Shown here piece after piece: positions 34,010 through 43,601 of a stretch of DNA of 64,000 nucleotides; position 1 is the first letter of the stretch; each line of letters starts with the position of its first letter. Source of the DNA: an uncultured Candidatus Binatia bacterium (GTDB lineage: Bacteria > Desulfobacterota > Binatia > UBA9968 > JAJDTQ01). The DNA lies in the NCBI GenBank assembly GCA_965213675.1, contig OZ243916.1:3040001-3104000 (forward strand), in the 5' to 3' direction. The position numbers were made by a program, and so were the translations under genes. The notes under the pieces are model-generated. The model had not been told where the DNA came from, searched no databases, and saw only the letters and a program-made list of their open reading frames with translations.

Positions 34010-34174
34010 CTAGTGTTGCGTTCGGCAGGTACGTTGACGAAGATGCGCAGGAATTTTCGTCGTCGGCAAGGCGCCATGACGAGCCGTGGCGTGAATCACG
34101 CGAGGAAGAGCAACGCAGCCGACGGCAAAATGGACAAGCAGATTCGTCAACGTACTTGCGGAACGCAACACCAG
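34010..34174. mobile_element. 165-bp MITE-like element, copy 3 (arm type B, same core)
   Basis: CTAGTGTTGCGTTCGGCAGGTACGTTGACGAA ... TTCGTCAACGTACTTGCGGAACGCAACACCAG; core GTCGGCAAGGCGC.ATGACGAGC.GTGGCG...CACGCGAGGAAGAGCAACGCAGCCGACGGC shared with copies 1 and 2. Confidence 0.85.
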
Positions 34175-34185
34175 GTTAGGAACCC

Positions 34186-35295
34186 ATGCCCGTAGCCACC
34201 ATCGAAGAAGCACTGGAAGACATCCGTCAAGGCAAGATGGTCATCCTGATGGATGACGAGAACCGCGAGAACGAGGGCGACCTCACCATGGCCGCGGAAC
34301 AGGTCACTCCCGAGGCCATCAACTTCATGGCCACCTGGGGACGGGGCCTGATCTGTTTGACGCTGACGGAGGAAAAGGTCGCACAACTTGGGCTCACCAT
34401 GATGGTGCGCGACAACACGGCCCCCTTCGGCACCGCGTTCACGGTATCCATCGACGGCGTCAAGAACGTCACCACCGGCATCTCCGCCGCGGACCGCGCC
34501 GAGACCATTGTCGCCGCCATCGCGGACGACGCCGGTCCCGGCGACCTGTGCACGCCCGGACACATCTTTCCCCTGCGCGCCAAGAACGGCGGCGTGCTCG
34601 TGCGCACCGGTCAGACCGAGGGCTCCGTAGACCTGTGCCGGCTGGCGGGGCTCAAGCCCGCCGGCGTGATCTGCGAGATCATGAAGGATGACGGCACCAT
34701 GGCGCGTCTGGCGGACCTCGAGGAGTTCGGCGAAAAGTACGATCTCAAGCTCTGCACGATCAAGGACCTCATCGAGTACCGGCTCAAGCACGACTCGCTG
34801 ATCCACCGGGTCACCTCCACGCGTCTGCCGACGCGCTACGGCGGCGAGTTCCGGGCCGTGGTGTACAACACCCACGTGGATGCCACCGAGCACCTGGCGC
34901 TCATCAAGGGCGAGATTTCCGGCGAGCGCGAGACGATGGTGCGTGTGTGCACCAAGTTCCTCCCCGGCGACGTCTTCGGTTTCGAATTCTTCGACACCGG
35001 CTCGGTCATCAAGCAGTCCATGGAGATCATCGACAAGGAGGGCGCCGGAGTCCTTCTCTACCTGCAGCCCGAGGGCAAGGGCCTGCGCACCGACGAGGCA
35101 GGAAAGCAACGGAGTTTCCGCGACTTCGGCATCGGCGCGCAGATCCTCCGGGACCTGGGCGTGCGCAAGCTCCGCCTCGTCACCAACAACCCCCGAAATC
35201 TCGTCGGCCTCTCCGGCTACGGCCTCGAGATCACCAGCTCCGTCTCCTTCACCACCCCGCCCAACACCATCGGCCGGCCCGGCGCGGCCGGATAG
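34186..35295 (+). CDS. ribB: 3,4-dihydroxy-2-butanone-4-phosphate synthase fused to a degenerate GTP cyclohydrolase II-like domain (RibBX type)
   Basis: DDENRENEGD, TTGISAADR and PGHIFPL motifs; C-domain RVCTKFLPGDVFGFEFFDTG lacks the RVHSEC..GD.FGS.RCDC zinc cysteines. Confidence 0.92.
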   Translation: MPVATIEEALEDIRQGKMVILMDDENRENEGDLTMAAEQVTPEAINFMATWGRGLICLTLTEEKVAQLGLTMMVRDNTAPFGTAFTVSIDGVKNVTTGISAADRAETIVAAIADDAGPGDLCTPGHIFPLRAKNGGVLVRTGQTEGSVDLCRLAGLKPAGVICEIMKDDGTMARLADLEEFGEKYDLKLCTIKDLIEYRLKHDSLIHRVTSTRLPTRYGGEFRAVVYNTHVDATEHLALIKGEISGERETMVRVCTKFLPGDVFGFEFFDTGSVIKQSMEIIDKEGAGVLLYLQPEGKGLRTDEAGKQRSFRDFGIGAQILRDLGVRKLRLVTNNPRNLVGLSGYGLEITSSVSFTTPPNTIGRPGAAG

Positions 35296-35340
35296 AGCCA
35301 TCCCTGGCAGGGGGCGTGGGCGCCTGCGTCAGGTCCGTGT

Positions 35341-35646
35341 TCATCCTGTCGCGTGCAACCTGCTGCCCGCGTCGAGGGTCGGCAGCCGGGCGATCGCCGG
35401 ACCGCTTTTCCGCTCCGCAAGCCGCAGCTCGTAGAGCTTCTGGAGGTTGAGCCAGAACTCCCCCGAAGTGCCGAAGAAGCGCCCCAGGCGCAATGCCGTG
35501 TCGCCGGTGATCGAGCGCCGGCCGTTGAGTATCTCGGTAATGCGGTTCACCGGCACCTCGATGCGCCGCGCCAACTCCGCTGCACTCATGCCGAGCGCAT
35601 CGAGATCCTCGCGCAGGGTCTCGCCTGGATGGATGGGTTCGCGCAT
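35341..35646 (-). CDS. higA: HigA-family antitoxin (HTH)
   Basis: PIHPGETLRE...RITEILNGRRSITGDTALRLGRFFGTS.EFWLNLQ; RBS GAGGAG upstream. Confidence 0.93.
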   Translation of the reverse strand: MREPIHPGETLREDLDALGMSAAELARRIEVPVNRITEILNGRRSITGDTALRLGRFFGTSGEFWLNLQKLYELRLAERKSGPAIARLPTLDAGSRLHATG

Positions 35647-35662
35647 GACTTGTCTCCTCAAG

Positions 35663-35944
35663 TTAATGGTAATCCGCGATTTCCACTTCGGTCGGGCCGG
35701 GACTTCCCTCAGGCCACGTGAAGCAGATTCTCCACTGGTCGTTGATGCGGATGCTCCACTGCCCCTTGCGCCGGCCCTTGAGCGCCTCCAGACGGTTGCC
35801 GGGCCTCGCCAGGTCGCCCAAGCTCGTGGCCGCGTCGAGCTGGTCGAGCTTGCGAGAGGCGGTCCGGGCGAACCCGAAGAATGCCGCGATCCGGCGGCCC
35901 CCGTAGAACGCTTCGGTTTTCCTGTCCGAGAAGCCGACGATCAC
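35663..35944 (-). CDS. higB: HigB/RelE-family toxin
   Basis: LDAATSLGDLARPGNRLEALKGRRKGQWSIRINDQWRICF; toxin-before-antitoxin order. Confidence 0.93.
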   Translation of the reverse strand: MIVGFSDRKTEAFYGGRRIAAFFGFARTASRKLDQLDAATSLGDLARPGNRLEALKGRRKGQWSIRINDQWRICFTWPEGSPGPTEVEIADYH

Positions 35945-35979
35945 AACACTTTCCGTTCCCGGAGCAACCGCACCGGCGT

Positions 35980-36020
35980 CACACTAGCGAAAAAATCTGC
36001 ATTACGTCAAGCATAACGCA
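35980..36020 (-). promoter_or_regulatory. higBA promoter with an overlapping imperfect palindrome
   Basis: Minus strand TTGACG...TAGTGT; TGCATTACG-TCAAG-CATAACGCA overlaps the -35 box. Confidence 0.5.
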
Positions 36021-36456
36021 TTTTGCTTCGCCACCCGGCGACGCGCGCACCTTTCTTACCCATTTCGTCGGCGATGGCCTGGACGACGACCGCCACGTCA
36101 TTCAGCGCTAGCTGTCCAGGGCCAACGGTGACATCGTCCCCGTCGATGCCGAAGGCGCCAGGCCGAAGGGCCGGCGCCGGCCTCGTCCGACCGTTGCCTC
36201 GTTGAAGCAGGTCGAGAACCTGCGTCCAGCCCGCGACGAAATCATCATCGCGACGGGGATCCGGCCGCGCCACTGCGCCGTGCTGGACTCCGAGCGCGGC
36301 CGGCCCGAGCGCAAGAACGCCGGCAGCCGGCAGCGGTACCGGGAACGGCGGGGGGCGTTCCGGAGTTCGAGGGCAGCGAGTGTCGGGCAAGCGTCCGGAA
36401 GAGGAGAGGGAGTGGGTCTCTCTCCCGCCGGGCGCGGTCACCGAAGGAGACCCGCC

Positions 36457-36648
36457 ATGTTTGCCCCCGACACCGACTATGACCCGATCCCCACGGACAC
36501 AGGGAACCTGCTCGCCGAAATCGGCATCGACCTCGAAGCCGTCCGAGAGACCCTCGCCGACGACCTCGCCCGGCGCTGTCCCGACCGCGAGGTGCTTTCG
36601 CACGCAGTCGCCGAGACCCGGGGTTGGAGGGAAGCGAGAGAAGGATGA
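36457..36648 (+). CDS. Small hypothetical protein (63 aa), mobile-element associated
   Basis: RBS GAAGGAGA before ATG; acidic helical sequence; no recognised family. Confidence 0.4.
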   Translation: MFAPDTDYDPIPTDTGNLLAEIGIDLEAVRETLADDLARRCPDREVLSHAVAETRGWREAREG

Positions 36649-36731
36649 ACGGACCGGGGGGCCGGAGAGAGATTCCCCGGTCCCCGGCCGTTCGCCAACC
36701 CAACGTCATGACTCAGCAGAAGGAGAAGATT

Positions 36732-36791
36732 ATGAGCTTCGGATTGAATCGCACGGAAGTCATCGGCCGCCTCGGCGCCGGCGGAGAGTGA
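36732..36791 (+). pseudogene. N-terminal stub of a single-stranded DNA-binding protein
   Basis: AGGAGA RBS then MSFGLNRTEVIGRLGA (SSB N..LIGRLG motif), truncated after about 16 codons. Confidence 0.6.
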
Positions 36792-36870
36792 GAGTGAAGC
36801 GGATTGCGGGCGAACGCCACGCGTCCGGGAGGGAGGACGCGCGGCATCCACCCGTCAGTGGAGCATGTCA

Positions 36871-37912
36871 TGAGCCACATCACCTTCAATCGCGTCCTCA
36901 CGGGCGAGAACCCCGCAGACGACATCCAGAGGGAGAAGGAGACCTCGACCCTGGAGAGTTCGCGGACGAGTACCTGCGGCGCTCCGAGCCGCACTGGAAG
37001 CCGTCGGGGCGCAAGACCGTGCGCATCTACCTCAAGGCCCGAATCCTGCCCGCCTTCGGCACCATGCCGCTTGACCGCATCGGCCCCGGGCACGTGGCCG
37101 CGTGGTTCGACGCGGCCAGCCGGGACAAGCCCGGCGCAGCCAACCGAGCCTTCGAGATTCTACGCTCGATGATGTTCCGGGCCGAGGAGTGGGGATTGCG
37201 CCAACGCGGCACCAATCCCTGTCTCGGCATCAGGAAGAACCGGCGGAACAACATCGCCCGGTTTCTCGACGTGGACGAGTTGGCCCGACTCGGGCGCGCG
37301 CTCGACGCCCGCGAGCCCCGATGGCCCGAGGCCGTCGCCGCCATCCGGCTGCTGGCGCTCACCGGGTGCCGCCGCAGCGAAGTGCTCAATCTTCGCTGGC
37401 GCGATGTCGGCGGGGACGCGTTGAACCTTCCCGACTCGAAAACCGGCCCGCGCGTGGTCCGCCTCGGCGAAGCCGCGCGTGCGCACGTCGCGGCGCTGCC
37501 CGGCCTGCGCAACCCGGATGCCTGCCTGTTTCCCCGCCATGCCGAAGGCCGGGGGACGTACAGCCTTGAAAACTGCTGGCGGACCGTCTGCGAAGACGCC
37601 GGACTCGGCCAACTGCGCCTGCACGACCTCCGCCATACCGCCGCGAGTCATGCCGTCATGTCGGGCGAAAGCCTGTTGCTAGCCGGGAAGCTGCTCGGGC
37701 ACCGGCGCCACCGCACCACGGCAGGCTACGCGCACTTGGCCGACGCGCATCTTGTCGAGGCGGCGGAGAAGGTGGGGAAACTCATTGCCGGTTCCATGGA
37801 CCTCCACCAGATGTCGCCTGACTCATGCGCACCTCGGGGCCATGTGCCGGATTCTGCTTCAAACCCTCTATTACGCTCAGACCCCGTGTTCCTTGCGAGT
37901 CACGGCAGATGA
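36871..37912 (+). pseudogene. Tyrosine recombinase/integrase, N-terminally truncated and frameshifted
   Basis: Catalytic motifs TGCRRSE, LHDLRH and LLGHRRHRTTAGY are intact; upstream GENPADDIQREK segment is in another frame, with the shift near 36950. Confidence 0.8.
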
Positions 37913-38093
37913 TTGATCCGTCATGGTTGCACGCCCTCAAGTCCGGCCGGTTATCCGTCTCTGGCAAGCCCTTGCGGGCTCGACGACCTCCACCCCAGCA
38001 CAGGAGAGCATCGTACAGGCTCCGCTAGGACGCGGGAGGAGTCCGCCCCTCGCATTTCCCCGAGCGTTCCCTGTCCGTTCATCGGCCCCGTCT

Positions 38094-38861
38094 TCATCGC
38101 GCCCCGTGCGCTTTCAGTGTCCGGATCACTTCCTGAAAAGGTTTGACGCTCTCCTTTGTCTCTTCCATCCCGTGTCGGGCCAGGTCCAGAGGAGTGGCCT
38201 TACCTCCGGCTCTCGCGTTCACCTTCGCGCCAGCAGCGAGCAAGGCCTTCACCACTCCCGCTCGGTCCAAGATTCCCGCCTTGTGAAGGGGAGTCTGCCC
38301 GTTTTTGTCCTTGGCGTTCACGTCCGCGCCTGCTGCGAGCAAGGCCTTCACCGCTCCCGCTTTGCCTTTGAATGCCGCCCAATGAAGGGAAGTCCTCCCA
38401 TTTTCGTCTTTGGCGTTCAAGTCCGCGCCAGCAGCGAGCAAAGCCTTCACCGCTCCCGCTCTACCCATGAATGCCACCCATTTAAGGGGAGTCATCCCAC
38501 TTTTGTTCTTGGCGTTCACGTCCGCGCCAGCAGCGAGCAAGGCCTTCATCGCTTCCACTCGACCCAAGATTCCCGCCCTGTGAAGGGGAGTCTGCCCGTT
38601 CTTGTCCTTGGCGTTCACGTCCGCGCCAGCAGCGAGCAAGGCCTTCACCGCTCCCGCTGCACCCAAGAATGTGGTTGCCGCCTCGTGAAGGGGAGTCTTC
38701 CCCTCTTCGTCTTTGGCGTTCACGTCCGCGCCTGCTGCGAGAAGTTCCCTGACGCGATGCTCGTCGCCGTGACGCGCTGCGTCGTGGATCGGGGCCGCCA
38801 TCAGGGCTGTTGGAGACCAAAGACACGCCAGCACAAGCACGATCACCAATCGTCGAATCAT
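38094..38861 (-). CDS. Secreted ankyrin-repeat protein
   Basis: Signal peptide plus about six 33-aa repeats GADVNAKD..G.TPLH.A...G...AVKALLAA. Confidence 0.93.
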   Translation of the reverse strand: MIRRLVIVLVLACLWSPTALMAAPIHDAARHGDEHRVRELLAAGADVNAKDEEGKTPLHEAATTFLGAAGAVKALLAAGADVNAKDKNGQTPLHRAGILGRVEAMKALLAAGADVNAKNKSGMTPLKWVAFMGRAGAVKALLAAGADLNAKDENGRTSLHWAAFKGKAGAVKALLAAGADVNAKDKNGQTPLHKAGILDRAGVVKALLAAGAKVNARAGGKATPLDLARHGMEETKESVKPFQEVIRTLKAHGAR

Positions 38862-39501
38862 CGCGTCTCCTTTGGATTCAGATACCAGTCACATCGACGG
38901 ACAAAGCCCGATGGAACATTATGCAATGGCACGCGGCCATGGGCCAAGGAATCCGCCGGAGCGGCACCTTCGAAGCGTTCCCTCCTCGCCCCGGATTGCG
39001 GACGCGCACATGGCGACGACCCATTCCATAACGCACGGCAACCGCGCCGCCCGGACTTCCAGCGCAACGTCTTGCAAAGCCAGAATCCAGCGCTCGCCAC
39101 CCCGCAAGCATTCGCCTGCCGTGATGAACGTCCAATCCAACTGTCGCGGGCTGTAGTGCGTGGCGGTAGCGAGTGAAACTGCACCGCCGCCGACAGTGCC
39201 GGCCGAGTCAATGTCCCGGCCCGCGCGCGTGTCCTCGCCATTGAATTGTTACCTCGTGCTTCCTATCCTGACGCCCACACGCCGCGCGGCGGTTCGGGAA
39301 GTGTTCCCGCACATGCGCGGCGGACCCCGACGCTCAAGCGCCACTCGGGCTGACTGCCGAAGTCAGAACGGTTTGCACAGCCCGTGCGCTTGAGGGACGA
39401 GGAAGCCGCTCTTCGACGCCCTGCGGCATTTTCTCCTCACACGCCACGCACTCTCACGGGCTTCGTGACATGGAGTGTCGATACCGGCGTCTTCGAGTCG
39501 A

Positions 39502-40392
39502 TTATTCACCGGGTTCAAGATACCGAATCGGATTGGAGGACTGCTTGAGATACCTGCCAGGTACCCTTTTCCCGACGTAGAGGCTCCACAGCGCGTCTTC
39601 GACGCGTTCGCCAACGAACCCGTAGCGTCCTGTCATTTCATTCCCGCGGCGTCCGGGTATTGCCTCCATCAGCGGGAAGTTTTCGCAAGTGGCCGCCAGC
39701 CATTGGGTTGGCCGATAGGCGCCTTTGACGCTGCCCCTGACGTGGGCCAGAACAAGTTTGTAGCGCCTGATCCTTTCGACATCGACTCGCCAGGCATACC
39801 GGACGGCCTCATAAACGTCGCATCCTTCATGGAAGCTGAAGGTGATTGAGACGAGGACGAGAGGCTCCATGATCTCGATGTAGTCGAACCCGTGTCCACC
39901 GGTTGGCAGTTGGCGTGGTTCCGCCTTCGAATCTGTGGTGCTGCGGCGGGCGGGGAGTTGCCGTGCCTGTGGGTTCGTATCCCGGTCGTGTTCGAGCTGG
40001 ACGCGCAAGAGATCCCTCTTGAGCCGGTCCAGTTCCTCGGACTGCGGCACCGACACAGCCGCCAGAAGACGACTGGCACTGTCCAGTGCCCGATAGGCAT
40101 CGTCGCTGGAGATGTCCTCCTGATGCGCCCACTTGTTGCGCCACTCAACCAGCTCGTATACGAGATTCCGTTCCGCACGTCCCATAGTGTCCTGAAACAC
40201 CGACTGCCAGTTGTCCCGTATCAGCTTGAGCAGACTCGCCACATCTCGCTTCGCCACGGGCTTATGGTTCAAGGCGGCCCGGCCGCTGTCTACGAAATCC
40301 CTTGCCTGCAACTCACGCGAGACGAACGGCGTCAAGCCTTCTCGGAGCAGATCAAGTCCTTTGCCGACCAATTCGCGATTCGTGATTGCCAT
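39502..40392 (-). CDS. Swt1-like HEPN domain protein fused to an uncharacterised C-terminal domain
   Basis: MAITNRELVGKGLDLLREGLTPFV...WRNKWAH (RxxxxH)...DDAYRALDS; low-complexity linker; C-domain ending YVGKRVP...SNPIRY. Confidence 0.8.
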   Translation of the reverse strand: MAITNRELVGKGLDLLREGLTPFVSRELQARDFVDSGRAALNHKPVAKRDVASLLKLIRDNWQSVFQDTMGRAERNLVYELVEWRNKWAHQEDISSDDAYRALDSASRLLAAVSVPQSEELDRLKRDLLRVQLEHDRDTNPQARQLPARRSTTDSKAEPRQLPTGGHGFDYIEIMEPLVLVSITFSFHEGCDVYEAVRYAWRVDVERIRRYKLVLAHVRGSVKGAYRPTQWLAATCENFPLMEAIPGRRGNEMTGRYGFVGERVEDALWSLYVGKRVPGRYLKQSSNPIRYLEPGE

Positions 40393-40770
40393 GTATCACC
40401 TCCGCGGTTCGCCTGGTGTTGCGTTGGGGGTTGGCCACTTCGCCTGTGCCGATAACCCTCTAATAGCCATTGCCGGGACAGAAACATGCTCTTTCCACGG
40501 CCAGCGAATGATTTTATCTTCCCCCAGGCTGTCGCACCAACATCAATGCATCGTGGTAGTTGGATATTGAGGAAGGAAGCATTGCCGAATACCGCCAGGA
40601 AATCAGCAGGGAAGACAGCGAGGTTCCGCGAACAGCGCGACTCTTGTTCAGGCGGTCCGTCTTGTGATGCCGCCCTGACCGGGATTGAGGCCGGGAGCGT
40701 TTGGGAGATGGAGTTGGGTGGGTTCCGGGCGGTTCGGACTCGGCTCCCGTGCGCCGCAGCCGCGGGAGCG

Positions 40771-41364
40771 CTACGTCAGCGCGTCGGTGGAGTCCTTCCG
40801 CAGATACCGGTGCGCGGAGTTCCGCAGGCGCTTGAGGGCTTCGTCGATGGAGCGGAACAACTGCTCGTCGATCAATTCGCCGTGGATCCAGTAATCGAGG
40901 GAGGGCGCCTCGGTGAAGTTGATGTCCAGCAGCTTCTCGCCCGGGGGGTCGCCGGTGATGAGGAGGCGGACGGAGTAGCCGGCGTCGATGACGAGGGCAC
41001 GGGCGTAGCGCGGGATGCGCAGGGAGTCCTTGATGTGGTTCAGGCGCTTGGCGGGGAACTCGCCCACGCCCAGCGAGACGTAGACCCAGCGCTCCTCGCT
41101 GTTGTCCAGTTCCCGCAGGACCTGACCGTTGATGTGGACGATGTTGTGGAGGGCCTGTTCCTGCCGGTAGTCCTTCAGCAGCTCGAAGGCCCAACGCTCG
41201 ATCACGCCCTTGGGTTCGCGTTCGGTGGGTTCCTGTCCTCGCCTGACGCCGGTGTCGATCCACCACTTGGTTTCCTGGATGGCGGGATCAGGGCCGTTTG
41301 CCGCCGGCTCCACGGATTCCTCGGACGGAGGGGCGTTGTCGCCCGGTTTTTCGGGGTCGGCCAA
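40771..41364 (-). CDS. Hypothetical protein (about 197 aa, TTG start proposed)
   Basis: Host-like codon usage; starts 5 nt after the stop of the upstream gene. Confidence 0.65.
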   Translation of the reverse strand: MADPEKPGDNAPPSEESVEPAANGPDPAIQETKWWIDTGVRRGQEPTEREPKGVIERWAFELLKDYRQEQALHNIVHINGQVLRELDNSEERWVYVSLGVGEFPAKRLNHIKDSLRIPRYARALVIDAGYSVRLLITGDPPGEKLLDINFTEAPSLDYWIHGELIDEQLFRSIDEALKRLRNSAHRYLRKDSTDALT

Positions 41365-41369
41365 GGACG

Positions 41370-42362
41370 CTATACCTTGAACTCGTTCAGCGTGCTGGGC
41401 GCGAACAGGCTGTCCACTTCCAAACGCTGCTTGATGAGGCCCTGCTCGTGGGCATAACCCACCAGCGTCTCCAGGACGCGGCGGTTGGGCTCCAGACCGT
41501 AGGCCCAGGGGTCCGGCCCGAGAACCTCTCTCTCTTTCTCCATTTGTTCGACGGACCAGGCCATCATGTACTTGAGCGCCGAGTATTCGTACATGGCCTC
41601 GGCGCATAGCCGCTTGGATTCGCAGAAGGCCTTGTAGATGTTCTGGGCCACCCAGGGATGGCGTTCGTACACATCCTCCCGGAACACCAGGGTGTGCATG
41701 ATGGGGAAGATCCTTGTCTTGCGGAAGTAGGCTTCCTCCACCGCGCGGAAGTCCGGGAACAGGCGCGCCACTCCGGGGGAGCGGCGCACGAAGGGCGATG
41801 GCATGTGCGCCGAGATCAGCGCGTCGATCTCGCCTTTTTCGAGCATGGAAGAGAGCGTCTGCTCCGGGCCGATGGGGGTGATGGCGAGCGATTCGGGGAG
41901 GTCCGGACGCAGTTTCTCCTCCCGGCCGGGCGTCTCTTCCCCTCCCGTGAACCAGTGGACCTTCTCCAGCTCCACGCCGTACTCGTGCTGCAACAGGCCG
42001 CGTTGCCAGATGGCCGCGGTCATCTGGTACTCGGGGACGCCGATGCGCTTGCCCGTCAGGTCGGCGGGCTCCCGGATGCCGGCGCCGGTGTGGATGTAGA
42101 TGCCGGAGTGGCGGAAGGCGCGGGAGGGGAACACGGGAATCGCCACGAAGCGCGGCGTGCCCTTGTCCCTGGACATCAGGTACGAACCCATGGACATCTC
42201 CGCGGCGTCGAAGTCCTGGTAGCGCAGCATGCGCCAGAACGTCTCCTCCACGCGGAACGGCAGGTAGGTCAGATCGACCCCTTCCACGGGCACACGGCCC
42301 TCCTGCAAGGGGCGCGTGCGGTCATAGTCCCAGCAGGCAACGGTGATGCGGACTCTTGCCAT
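41370..42362 (-). CDS. 4,5-dihydroxyphthalate decarboxylase-like / ABC substrate-binding-fold protein
   Basis: ACWDYDRTRPL, IPVFPSRAFRHS, GVPEYQMTA, IFPIMH and DPWAYG motifs. Confidence 0.85.
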   Translation of the reverse strand: MARVRITVACWDYDRTRPLQEGRVPVEGVDLTYLPFRVEETFWRMLRYQDFDAAEMSMGSYLMSRDKGTPRFVAIPVFPSRAFRHSGIYIHTGAGIREPADLTGKRIGVPEYQMTAAIWQRGLLQHEYGVELEKVHWFTGGEETPGREEKLRPDLPESLAITPIGPEQTLSSMLEKGEIDALISAHMPSPFVRRSPGVARLFPDFRAVEEAYFRKTRIFPIMHTLVFREDVYERHPWVAQNIYKAFCESKRLCAEAMYEYSALKYMMAWSVEQMEKEREVLGPDPWAYGLEPNRRVLETLVGYAHEQGLIKQRLEVDSLFAPSTLNEFKV

Positions 42363-42587
42363 GACGTGTGCTCTCTTTCGGTGCGTTTCGGTGTGTCGGA
42401 GGGTTGCGCCGAACCTTCGGCTCCGGATCACCGGAGGTTCAGTCGCCAGACAACCTAACAGGAATGGCGCGGCAGTGTAAGCGAGCCCGAGCCCGGCCCG
42501 AGCGTGGTTTGACCGGGCGGGGGCTTTTGTGTATATAGGAACGGTCTGAAAAATCTCATTGATTTCTTTAGCTTATCCAAGGGAAAA

Positions 42588-42965
42588 ATGCTTTTCGAGT
42601 TCGCCAGCGTCCTTTGCTTCACGTTGTTGGGGGCGGCCTTTGTGTGGGTCAACCTGTTGATCGGCCGCCTGCTGCGGCCTTCCAATCCGCAGCTTCGCAA
42701 GCTCTCGACCTACGAGTGCGGCGAACCCGCGTCCGGCAGCGCCTGGGTCAACTTCAACGTCCGTTTCTACTTCATCGCCCTCATCTTCATCATCTTCGAG
42801 GTGGAGATCGCGTTCATCATCCCGGTGGCGGTGGTGTTCCGCGAATCGATCCAGGGCGACGCGGGGCTGTATGCCTTCGCGGCCATCGCCGTCTTCACCC
42901 TCATCGTGTTTCTGGGGCTCATCTACGACTGGTGCAAGGGCGATCTGGAGTGGGTCAAGAACTGA
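42588..42965 (+). CDS. nuoA: NADH-quinone oxidoreductase subunit A
   Basis: YECGE, F..FEVEI and KGDLEW motifs. Confidence 0.95.
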   Translation: MLFEFASVLCFTLLGAAFVWVNLLIGRLLRPSNPQLRKLSTYECGEPASGSAWVNFNVRFYFIALIFIIFEVEIAFIIPVAVVFRESIQGDAGLYAFAAIAVFTLIVFLGLIYDWCKGDLEWVKN

Positions 42966-42988
42966 CCTCTGTCTACAGCGGCGACGAC

Positions 42989-43495
42989 ATGACGGCAAAA
43001 GAGATATACGAGCGTGTTCGGGAACTGTGCCCGGACGGCGTGGAAGGGTTCGACGAGGAGGTTCCGGAGCCGTTCTTCAAGGCCGGGCCGGCGCGCATCC
43101 AGGAGGTTTGCCGGGTTTTGCGCGACGACCAGGCGCTCAAGTTCCACGTGCTCTCGGATCTGACCGCCGTGGACCTGCCGAAAGAGAACCTCATCCAGGT
43201 GGTCTACCACCTGTATTCGTACGACTCCAGACAGCAGGTCGTGGTCAAGACCGACGTCGACCGGGACGCACCGCGCATCGCCACGGTGGAGGACATCTGG
43301 AAGGTCGCCAACTGGTTCGAGCGGGAGGTCTTCGACCTCTTCGGAGTCCTTTTCGAAGGGCACTCGGACCTGCGCCGGATCCTGCTGCCCGAGGACTGGG
43401 TGGGCTATCCCCTGCGCAAGGATTTCGTCGAGCAGGAAGAGTACGACGGCATCAGTACGGAGCGCGCGCCGCTGGTTCCGGAGAACCTGCGGTAG
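42989..43495 (+). CDS. nuoC: NADH-quinone oxidoreductase subunit C
   Basis: ANWFEREVFDLFG..FEGH.DLRRILLPEDW.GYPLRKDF. Confidence 0.95.
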   Translation: MTAKEIYERVRELCPDGVEGFDEEVPEPFFKAGPARIQEVCRVLRDDQALKFHVLSDLTAVDLPKENLIQVVYHLYSYDSRQQVVVKTDVDRDAPRIATVEDIWKVANWFEREVFDLFGVLFEGHSDLRRILLPEDWVGYPLRKDFVEQEEYDGISTERAPLVPENLR

Positions 43496-43601
43496 GGATG
43501 GGGCTCGAAGCTCTCGCGTCCGGTGGCCGGATTGGATCGGACGCGGGTTGCGCGCCGTCCGTTCAGGCCGAAGTCGGGCCGATTGACGAAGGATCGATAC
43601 C

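Noticed and set aside
33967-34185. FMN riboswitch upstream of ribB
   Set aside because: The structured sequence is copy 3 of the 165-bp repeat and lacks the RFN consensus
36380-36870. N-terminal part of the 510-aa ORF as part of the integrase
   Set aside because: Low-complexity run-through of non-coding DNA, a small ORF and the ssb stub; integrase similarity starts near 36890-36955
38094-38861. Ankyrin repeats as a diversity-generating retroelement target
   Set aside because: No reverse transcriptase or template repeat in the window, and the differences do not appear adenine-specific
38862-39500. Several short ORFs between the ankyrin and HEPN genes
   Set aside because: No codon bias, RBS or motifs; probably decayed intergenic DNA
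35296-40770. att sites or a tRNA target flanking the island
   Set aside because: No tRNA or convincing direct repeat found by eye
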